NCBI RefSeq assembly: GCF_000315625.1
Contig: NW_005434646.1
Span: forward strand, 638,534 to 702,533
DNA: 64,000 nucleotides
Source of the DNA: Guillardia theta CCMP2712
Lineage: Eukaryota > Protista > Cryptophyta
Direction: 5' to 3'
The position numbers and the translations under genes are program-made. The notes below the pieces were generated by a model. It saw only the letters and a list, made by a program, of their open reading frames with translations, did no database searches and had not been told where the DNA came from. Positions 13,060 through 22,842 of the stretch are shown here, piece by piece (the first letter of the stretch is position 1; every line of letters starts with the position of its first letter).

Positions 13060-13506
13060 CGATGTTCATGATGACGATGACGATTGTGATACTGGTTGGT
13101 CCTGACCTGCTCTGCAGGAGACTTTTTCGGGGAAGTTGCCCTCACGGTAGCAGCACACCGGACAGCAGACGTGATGGCCCTGGGTCCGATGCACAAGGAG
13201 CACGAGAGAGGGTCAGAGCACGTCACCGAGCTGTTCGAGCTCATGAAGAGCGATCTGGAGGAAATCGTCCGCACGTACCCCCTGCTGGAATCTCGTCTCG
13301 AGCGTGTCGGGAAGGCTCGGTTCAGGAGGGCTTCCTGTAGCTCAAGTCCGGAGCGAAAGGATACCGTCGATTGTCACAACGCTCCTCCGTCTCCTCGCCG
13401 GTCATATCGGAAGCTCTCGGACGTTGCGAGGAGAAATAGTGTGGATGGCCTCGAAAACTTGAAGAAGATCAAATCCAGGCGATGGAAAGCTTGCGTCCAG
13501 CAGTGA
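11877..13506 (+). CDS. CaMK1-like kinase fused to a C-terminal CNBD (paralogue 2); exons 11877-12969 and 13118-13506
   Basis: Kinase motifs GRGSFA, ALK, HRDLKPEN, DFG, STPCGTPNYVAPE. CNBD motifs MYFVHSGYVQV and GDFFGEVAL..HRTADV. Ends KKIKSRRWKACVQQ*. The poly-Met in the ORF track lies in the intron. Confidence 0.93.
12999..13060. repeat. (ATG)n microsatellite inside the intron of kinase 2
   Basis: Directly visible, within GT-AG intron 12970-13117. Confidence 0.9.
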
Positions 13507-13789
13507 TTGGTGATGGTGTTAATGTTTCTTTTTTTCTCGGAAGAGATGTTTTATATTGTTTTGCGTGTATCTTGTACAAATAAAGCCTAGTATGTCCCAT
13601 GCAATCGTGTCAGGCGTCGTTACAAGTTCAACTGCAATTGCTGTGGAATGAGGGAAGACGACAGAGACGAACTGCGCATTGACGAATCGCAAAGCCCATC
13701 GTGATGACACATGTATCATGTGGATCTTTATGATTATTGTGTAAATCTACATATTTTACAGCTGTTCTCCCTCTCGCGATCTGCGGCGT

Positions 13790-15160
13790 TCAGATGTACT
13801 CCAGTCGATCGAGGGAGAGCCGTTCACCTCTCTCCGTCATGGCCTCGCTGATCCAGGATTCCGATGAGGGTGATCTCGTCACGTGCTTGCAGCGAAGCTG
13901 AGCCGATCGCATCCTCGCCACCAGCCTCTTCCACCACACGGGCTCACGCGCCTCCATCGCCTCCACGTCGGCTGCTCTCATGCAGTACACCTCCATCGCC
14001 TCGGCTGTCGTCTCCTCGTTGACATAGCTCACTCCGTTTGCAACAATCTGGATCCTCGAGCGCTCGTCCACCTGGTGGTCCAGCAGCCCAAACATGCAGC
14101 CTGCAAGACAGGAGTCAGCACAGGTAGAGGACGGGGCGAGCAGGTTCCCACCTGTCGACAGCGTCTGCGTCTCGACGCCGTCCACGATCACCCTCACATT
14201 TCCGGAGCCCACCAGGAACAGATTTCTCCGCAGCTCCCACCCCTCTGCGATCACCTCCCCGCTCACTGGGCTCATCAGCTCGAACCTGCCTGTCATGTCC
14301 TTGAGCTTCTCGCAAGCCGGGTCGTCAACGATGTCCATCTTGCAGAGCAGCTGGAACGCCTTATGGGCAGTGTGACTGTCCCCGTGGGGATGGCAGTTTA
14401 TGTTGGACCTCATCTTCATCATCCATGGATGCGACAAGCAGCGAGCGGCGTCGGGGCGTTTCCTGGAGTCGGGCTCCAGCATCCTTGCGACAAGATCTGC
14501 CGCGTCCTCTTGACCCTTGCTATCACCCTTGGACCTCGGCCTGAGCAGGCCTGCGATCGGACTACGGAGCAACTGGGCAATTCTCCCCCTCGGATTGCTC
14601 GTCTCATGCGAATTTGCCTTCAGCAGGCGATGCAAGATCCTCCCAGCCATGGCTATGTCTTGCGCAGCTACTGACAGCCCCTCTGCGGAAGAGATCTCTT
14701 CGATCAGGTAGGAGCTCCCGAACCCTACGATCTTGACTGTGTCATCGCAAGAGACGATGACGTGCTCCTCCACTAGATTTCCGTGAACGATCCCATTCTC
14801 GTGCATGTGGTTGAGCGCGTCCAGGATTTGTGACATGATACCTGCAATCCTTGCCTCCGAGAATGCTGCCTGATAAGAGATCTCATCCGCCAGCGTTGCT
14901 CCTTCCACGAGGTCCATCACAAGATAAAGATCCTTGTGCTCCTCGTACACCTCGTGCAGCTGGACGCAGTTTGCGTGAGACAGTCGCATCAAACTCCTTA
15001 TCTCCGAATTTAGCGACCTCCCCTCCTTCTTGATCACCTTTACGGCATACTTGTCGCCGCATCCCCTGTGCGTTGCCTCCATCATTGCGCATCTCGCTCC
15101 GCTCCTCATCTTCCTGTTCAGCTCGTAGTGCCTCCCAAACTCCTTCGACAGGATCGCCAT
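13790..15160 (-). CDS. Pseudokinase paralogue (CaMK fold) with degenerate CNBD; 51-nt in-frame intron ~14101-14151
   Basis: N-terminus MAILSKEFGRHYEL parallels kinase 1 MAILSRGIHRTYEV. It keeps YAVK and LSHANCVQLHEVYE, but HRDLKPEN becomes HGNLVEEH, DFG becomes GFG and APE is absent. CNBD remnant LFLVGSGNVRV..GCMFG. Confidence 0.85.
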   Translation of the reverse strand: MAILSKEFGRHYELNRKMRSGARCAMMEATHRGCGDKYAVKVIKKEGRSLNSEIRSLMRLSHANCVQLHEVYEEHKDLYLVMDLVEGATLADEISYQAAFSEARIAGIMSQILDALNHMHENGIVHGNLVEEHVIVSCDDTVKIVGFGSSYLIEEISSAEGLSVAAQDIAMAGRILHRLLKANSHETSNPRGRIAQLLRSPIAGLLRPRSKGDSKGQEDAADLVARMLEPDSRKRPDAARCLSHPWMMKMRSNINCHPHGDSHTAHKAFQLLCKMDIVDDPACEKLKDMTGRFELMSPVSGEVIAEGWELRRNLFLVGSGNVRVIVDGVETQTLSTGGNLLAPSSTCADSCLAGCMFGLLDHQVDERSRIQIVANGVSYVNEETTAEAMEVYCMRAADVEAMEAREPVWWKRLVARMRSAQLRCKHVTRSPSSESWISEAMTERGERLSLDRLEYI

Positions 15161-15539
15161 GGCACCCGTTTCCTTCCGACGGCACCGATCGAAGGGGGCG
15201 CGATGCTGTTTTATAGGCTGGAGATTAGTCAGCAGGTCATGCGTCAAGGGAGTTGTTACTGTAGTAAAATGGTCATCATTAAGAACTCGAAGCCCTTTTG
15301 ACCCTATCCTCGTTGATCATTTCCTGGGAGATGGCATCTCAGCAATTGATTGCTGACAGTCTCGTGCAAAGCACCTGCTACGGAAACCCTTCTTTTCACG
15401 TCTTGGTCAACATGGGAGCGAAGGTGGCGGAAAATCGTCACGGCAGGCAAAGGAGATGAAAGGAAGAAGGCACATTGCTAAAGAGATATAGTGATGCGAT
15501 CAGTCGCAAGAGAGTTGCCCATTATTGACGTTTTAGATT

Positions 15540-17470
15540 AACACCTGGTTGTTTAGACCTTCATCTACAATCTGACTGCCTTGCTTCGATATCCTCTCCT
15601 TGATCTGACGGATGGTGTTGGAGTAATACTGTATCCCGCCCTCGTCCCTCCTGAAGCATCAAGCGATTGGCAAGAATCCACCCCCACCCATAGAGCAACT
15701 CACCAGGTCTGATCGCGAGCCTTCGAAGGCCTTAAACATCGACATGTCAGAGTTATTGGAGCGGTGAATCGCTTACGATGGTTGGGCGTCGCGCTTCGCT
15801 GGTTGCGAGGAACTTGCAGGTTGGGCTGGGAGTCTGTCACTTTGCATCTGGCAAGCGCACGTGAGCGGCAGGTCGACATGGCGGGTTCCGGCCTACAAGC
15901 TGCGACAAGTCGAGCCTCATGCGATGTGCGTTCTCCTCCACAAATGTGTCTTGCAGCTGATCTCGATACCCCGCACGTTGAGAGGAGAGGAGCGACAGGA
16001 GCTGCCTTGCTTGCTCCATGATCACTTGCCTCCTATCATACACCTGGCGACACGGGAGTCATCTCAATGCCGCGGGCTGCCATTTTGCTCGCCTGTGTCC
16101 CGTTGTCACCACCTGCCAACCTGTCGACTGGAGCGGAGACCTCACAAGGTGAGAGGACTTTCGATTGTTTGGGCTCCCCAATGCCGTCGGAACGATCATG
16201 ACCTCCTTTCCTGTAAGATCACTGAGTTCCTCTGTTGCAGACATTTAAATTTAAATGAAGTGACTTGAACCTATCTCCCTGCTCCTTTCCTCCTTCGCTT
16301 CTTGCAGCAGGGGCTGTCAATCGTTCGTTCAGTAACCACTTTCTCAGTCATGCAGCATCTGTTAAGAAGGGATACCGTCATGCTCTCTGCCTGCGATTAG
16401 AGAAGCCGTGCTCATCTTGACCTCCAATCGATCTAGCTTTTCCTGTTGGACACGAGGCACAACATACATGAGCACCAGCACCAGCAGGAGCAAGGGGGTG
16501 ACCTCGGCCTGCCTTCGGAGGTTTCGCTCTTCCTCCAACTCTCGCCTCAAGCTCTCTATCTCTCGCTTCATGGCTTCCAACGTGCTGTCGTGCTGACCAG
16601 CTTTCAATCTGCAGAGGGTGTTGATTCCAGCACTTCCAACCTCAGAAGAGATGGTCACATTGAAATCTGCTCCAGCAATTTCTGCTCCCGCTCCTCTGCG
16701 TCCATCCTCCTCCTCCTCTCACGCTTCATCATGTCCTGCAACAACGTTTCTGTTTCTGCCTGCGGATGGGCCTGCTCCGGCGCCGAAGCAGGGCGCGGGG
16801 ATTCACTCTTGGCGTTGGGTGACTTGGCTGAAGGAGCTATCGATCTGAGCATTTTCGTCTCAGAACAGGTGAGATCCAAGTAGAACTCTACATCACCCTT
16901 CAGACAAGGTCGTAGGGGAGGAGGAAATGGGTCTCTTGGCGTACTTCTCGGTAAAGCTTTCCATGTATCTCCTGCTGTACTCGAGACCTGGCCGCGCTCC
17001 CTTGGAAGAGGCAGAGCCGGTGAATCGATCCTCCACATTCTCATGCCGGGTGTTGACGATGGCGATTAGGGAGATGCTGCGGGGGCCCAGGTGCTCGTCC
17101 TCACGGGAGGCTTCAACCCTCACCGGCATGAACTTCGGCCCATCGACCAGGCACCGCAAGTCTTCAGCCTTGATGCTGACGATGTCTTTCCCAGCTACAC
17201 GATGAATCTTGTCCCCACATTGCAAGCCTGCTCTCGATGCCGCGCCATTCTTCTCTACTGAGATCACCTAGAGTAAGGAAGTCACTCTACACTGGGCTGT
17301 TATAATCGACTCACCCTCATGTATCCCCCATCTTGGTCCACCTCACAATACAAGCCGAGGCCTTGCCCTATCAAACGTGCAGCAATCGCATCGCAAGTCA
17401 CCATCGTCACAGAAGTCTCCGAATGTCTTCCAAGTGGCCACTTAGCGTACTGGCTGATAGTTTGGTTTGA
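15540..17470 (-). CDS. PDZ-domain and coiled-coil protein, multi-exon
   Basis: GLGLYC...VISVEKNGAASRAGLQCGDKIHRVAGKDI is a PDZ signature; downstream heptad-rich exons (EIESLRRELEEERNLRRQAE). Boundaries approximate. Confidence 0.7.
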
Positions 17471-18418
17471 TGCACTTCATTCTGCCCCTGAATGACATGA
17501 GCTTGTGAAGCTCTGATCTCCTGACCACTTGAATGTAAGATTCGACCTGTTTATTACCATTCCTGCTCTCTTCAATTCATATACTCCTATACCCTCCTCA
17601 ACATCTTTCCTCACGAAAGTTCTCTCTCCTCCGGTTTCTTTTCCGTATGGTTTCTGCTTGTTTCTTTCCTTAATCTTTCCTGCATGCTCTTTTCCCATCC
17701 GTCTTCAATAGCACAATTTTGTACTCACTTTGAATTTCTTCTCTTCTCCTTCTCTTCTCTTCCTTTTCTCTACCTCCCGTATCGATACCCATCCTTCCTC
17801 CCCACATCGCCTGGCATTAATATAAACATCTTTACCGTTCATTTCAACGGAAATGGTAACGGGAGTATGCCAATTTAAATCGATTAAATCGATTGAATCG
17901 TAGATTTATATCGATTGAGATCCATTTCAGTCTGTTTGTACCCACAGAGGAGGGACATTTGATACAAGGGGTGGGGTGGGGTGGGGTGGGGTGAGATCAA
18001 GTGATCAGAGCATAGGGTAATGAGGGGTGGGTGGTTGGAATTTGCGTGGGGTATGTTGACAAGAGGGGTAGTTCATATATCATTTGGGGCGGTGCGTGGT
18101 TTGGTGACCCGAAAAGGGGTATGAGGGGGTAGGGGTAACGAACATGGGTAGGGGGTTGCCTCTGAGGGAGAGGACTATGGATGGGTAGGGGTATGTTTTA
18201 CAGGTAGAGGGGGTAGGGTATCTAAAGGAAGCATGGCCGGGACGCAGTTGGTGAAGGAGATGATGCGAGGAGGAGGAGGAGGAGGGCGGGTGGTGAAGGC
18301 GATGAAGGTGAACGTGACGCGACGAGGAAGACAAGTCCCCTCTCGTGGATGTGAGCTGCTGTCGTTGAGCAACAGCTTCTGCTCATCACGAGCGACCCTG
18401 GCAAGGCACGAGGCGCAG

Positions 18419-19374
18419 ATGTGGCCCTTTGGGGCTGTGCGGGCATGGAGCATGGTTCATGGTCGCTGCTTGTCTGCAGTGGCGCAGGAGAACCGGAAGG
18501 TTGTTGAAGAGCTGAAGGTAAAGAAGCATGCGTCTCCGCATTCGAACGAGACGAGCTGCGCGACGCCATGTTCCACGGGATGCCCTGTGGTCTTGGCCCA
18601 GGAGCTCAATTGCTGGAACTGTGGGATGTCGCGGAATCATGGTCGCTGTGCCGAGCATATGTTCTGCGGTTCCTGCGGAGCCATGCAACCGCCGGCACCC
18701 GATTGCAACTACTTCGAGCTGCTTGGGATCGCAGAGGAAACATTTGACATCGACGTGCGGGTTCTCGAGCAGCAGTACAAGCAACTGATGATACAGCTTC
18801 ATCCCGATAAGTACATGCAGAAGAGCCTGAGAGAGCAGGAGTTGTCCGCGGTGAGTGCTCGAGTTGGTCCTGTGCTTCATGGCAGGCTCTTGTAACCCAT
18901 GATCCAGGCTCAAAGCTCGGTGGTGAACATTGCCTACGGAACCTTGAGATGTCCGCATGCACGGGCTGTGTACATGCTGAGGAGGTTGGGCCATAACTTT
19001 GATGAACACACGTCGGAGAGCAACCCGGAGTTCTTGATGGAGGTTCTGCATGGCTGCTGCATGAGCGATGGATCTGACGTTGCGTTGCCAGGTGATGGAA
19101 GTGTGCAGCGAGATCGATGAGAATGCGAGGAACCAGGAGAAGCTGTGCAAGATCAGAGACGGGTGAGCTCCTTGTGCTGCAAGACCTTGTGTTGTCTAAC
19201 TCCTCTCTTCCTCTCCTGTCCAGGTTCTACAAGCCCACCATGGACACGTTATGCCGTGAGGCGACGGCCGCGTTTGCTAAGAGAGACGTTGAAGCAGCTC
19301 TGGTCACCACCTCCAAGTTGCAGTACTTGAAGCGGATGAAGCAGATGCTGCATCATTCCATCGATGTAGAGTAG
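18419..19374 (+). CDS. HSCB: Fe-S cluster co-chaperone HscB/Hsc20 (J-domain with N-terminal tetracysteine motif), multi-exon
   Basis: CWNC..FCGSCGAMQPP, NYFELLG..FDID, LHPDKY, SSVVNIAYGTL..P..RAVYML, PEFLMEVME, KLQYL. The start could instead be upstream ATG 18233. Confidence 0.92.
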
Positions 19375-19499
19375 ATGAGCATAGACAGCAAGGACGTGCC
19401 GACTACAGCTGCAACTGAGAGCTGGGAGGAGCGAAACTTGCATGTTTACAAACAACCTTTGTTTTCTTTCAATGTACACGATTGACACGAGCATCAACG

Positions 19500-20187
19500 A
19501 GGTCAGTGAGGAGGAGAAGGGAGATGAGGCAACGACATGAGCTTCTTGGGTGCTGCTTGAGGAGACATCAACAAGACGTGCTGCCCTCCTCCCTTGTTGT
19601 CGGGAGAGAGCAGCAGCGCCGTCTCTACGTCCATCCGCGAGGCAGGAGGAGACTTGGAAAGGAAGCGCTTTCTTGCCGAGTCAGTGAGCTGCTCATGGAT
19701 GGTCGAGACCTGCCACCTCCATCACTCGCTGTGCTCGTAGTTGGTCTCCTCACCTTCTCCTCGATGCCTTTCTTCCACTCCGCAAGAACTTCTCGAGATT
19801 GCGCACGGGAGAGGCCGCGGTTAGTCGGGCTCCTGCTGGACGGGCTCCGCATGATGGGAGAAGAGACCTCGAGCTGGCTCGAGTCGACTTGGCTTCTGTT
19901 GGGACTGGAGGAGGAGCGGTACACCAGGGAGGACGAACGAGCAGCTGCTGCTCCTCGCTCTTGCTGCCAGAGTCTCTTCCTCGCCCTCGCCTGGTGGCAT
20001 CGGTAGGAGGATTGCAAGATGATGGCCTTCCTTTCGGCTAGAATGGCTGGGGGAGGGAGGGAGGTATCAGCCGCACAAGGCAGGAGAGAGGAGGCGTACC
20101 TTCGAAGAAGACGCTCGTGTCCATGCAAACTTGTGCTTCATCATAATCCTTCTCGATGTCGCAGACGAGCCGGGGGGACCTCGAGAC

Positions 20188-20224
<37 letters not shown>

Positions 20225-22385
20225 GAGCCTGCTGTTGCCTCCTCTTCTCCCTTCCCGCCAAGGATGATCTCCTCGTCATCCTGTGTCGGCAGGATCTTCC
20301 AGGACGTGCGCACGCTGACGTCATCTGCTCTGTGGGCGTCCGCTGTTACCTCCACCACCTGGAGTCCGCAGGCAGACAGCAGCTGGTTCTGTCGGGCGGG
20401 TCAGGGGGGAACATCAGGAGGCAGCTGCACTCACCGGCTGGTCGTTGACAAGCGACTGGTCGACGGAGTCGTTGAGCCAGAGGGACCGACGGACTTCTGG
20501 CATGCAGAAATCACTCGCACATGACGCGCGGCAGCACCTCCTCACCTCCCATGCATGTGGCAATCATGCTGTCGTCCACCGCCGCCTTCCCCTGTAGCAC
20601 ATCAGGTCGGGGTCGGTTGACGGGACCGGCACGACGGGCTTACCATTCGCTTCGCCTCTCGCACCAGATACCTCTCGGGAGAACACATTGTCCACATGAT
20701 CTTGTTCCAATGTCTGCCAACGAACCTCACTGGCTCTCTTAACCTCGAAGACGAGACCTCAGGATTCGCCGAGTCAGCTGATTGCACAACGTCTTGTCGT
20801 AAGAGCTTCTTGCGATGTGAGCTCGAGTCTGCCGCACGTCATCCTCTCAACCACCCCTGGTCATGCACACCTGAGACTGGAGGATCGTGATGGCTGCTGC
20901 TCTCCTTCTCCTTTCCTTGTCGATAGTCTGGCTGCGCAGACAGTCACTGCCAGGACCAGAAGCACGATGCTCTTCTTACACAGCCGAGTGTCGTCGTATC
21001 GACGTCTGCAAGCGACAAGCAGCAAGGGCTTGTAACCTGCAGCTGGTCAGCCGGGGGGGAGCGGGAGGGCATCGAAAGAGCCTGTTGAGATAGTCTCTTG
21101 AGATGGAGGTGAACTCGCTGGCCCGGAACTTTGACAAGCATGAGAAGAGAAAGGCAGAGACGCGACTAGTCACCTCGAGGAAAGAAGTAGCGCGGGTGAG
21201 ATGCCGCTTGTTCAATCTGACGAACTTCCTCGACCAGTGGCCGCGAAGAGTTTTCTAGAAGCAGTCAAGCAAAGAACGGCTCTCAGGAGTGAGAGGTAGA
21301 GGAGTGAGAGGTAGATCACCTGTATCTTGATGGCGGCAGAGATCTCAGCAGAAGAACACTTGTTCCTCTTACTTCTGTAACATCCAGTCATGTTGATCAA
21401 CCCGGACCAGACGTGCCAACATCACATGGCAGCACAGAACTTTCGGAGAGCCCTGACGATTTTCCTTGAAGCGAAGTGCTCCACCACCAGCATCCTCCTG
21501 CAAGATCTTGTTCAGACCACTTTGACCTTGAACGCTCTCCTCCACCTCTCTCTGGGTGCCAGTGAGAAAACCTTGGCTCCATAGATGGAGAGCATGACGC
21601 GGCTGTCTGCCATGGCCTGCAGACGGCAAGTTCAGCTTGGCCTCAAATCTGACGACCTAGCGATCTGCGTCACCTGCTCCTCGACAGGAAACAGCTCCCC
21701 TCTCGCTCGCCTTGTCCGCAGCAACCAGCCCCTACACCCTCACCATCACCAGTAGACAGCGGCCCCCTCCCTCCTGCCCTCACCTGACGCACTTCTGTAT
21801 CAAGATGACAGCTTTCTGATCTTCACTCGACATGATCGGGTGGTCCAACAGCTGATTGATGGTCTCGCACACCGACACGACATCTGTCCTCCTAGCTCAG
21901 CACAGCATGCACTGCCGTCAGGACTACCTCTCTTCGCGCGATTGATCCACGTGGATTGAATGGCTTCATACGTAGCTTCCTTGTCGACCTTGCAGAACTT
22001 TCCTGCAGTTGTCCCCTTCGTCGCTTCTTCCCTGTCAGAATAAACCGTCTGGGTCGAGGATTTCCCCTTGGAGGGAGCTCTCTGCGGGTTCAACTCAGCA
22101 CTCTCGGATGTTCTCCCGTCAGTTAGAGCGAGCTCACGCTGATTCTTTCCTTCGTTGTCAAGTTGTACTTCAACACGTAATCCTTGACTGGTCAACAAGC
22201 TCAGGCGACAAAGCACTGAGAAATGCACCGTACCTCCCGACTCCTTCCATAACAATTGCAGAGCTTGGAGATCACATCACGAGCGTCAGGTGAGTGGGAG
22301 AAGAAGCATCGTGTTCACCTTGCTCGGTCTCCTTGTTTGACTTGGACGACAAGGCAGCTTCTGTCTTGCGATGCTTTATCGACAT
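19500..22385 (-). CDS. IQ (calmodulin-binding) motif protein, multi-exon
   Basis: IQ-like motifs AAIKIQ|KTLRGHWSR and AIILQSSYRCHQAR, plus a poly-Q tract. Exon structure only partly resolved. Confidence 0.55.
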
Positions 22386-22842
22386 GGGTTCCTGTCTCAG
22401 ATGCCGCGCCGAACGCTCAGGACAGCACAGATGACAAGAGTTATATATCTCCTGCTCCAAGCGAACATCTTCCTTCTCCTCCTCCTTCTCCTCCTCCTCC
22501 TCCTCCTTCTCTCAATCAGGCTGTGTCATCCTGGTCTTGTCTTCCCCAGGCTCCTCAAGAAGACGTGGATACAGCGGCAGCCTTGCGAAGAAGTCTGGAG
22601 CGAGGGGAGAGGAAGGACAGATCAGACAGTGAGAGGGAGGGAGGAGGAGGAGGGAGGAGGGAGGAGTTCACCGAGGGGATGCATCGGCTGATCGATGTAA
22701 CTCTCCGCCATTAAATCGGCTGTACTGGGTGGGTGGTTTGAAGGATGTGAAAGGGGTACACTTGGCTTGTCCGGCTGGGGTGGGGTGGTAGAGGTGGAGA
22801 GCTGGGTGGGGTGGTGGGCGTTGATAGGGAAATCCCTGGCCA

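Noticed and set aside
12970-13340. Poly-Met / poly-His tract in the kinase 2 ORF
   Set aside because: It is an (ATG)n microsatellite inside a GT-AG intron; splicing restores GDFFGEVAL.
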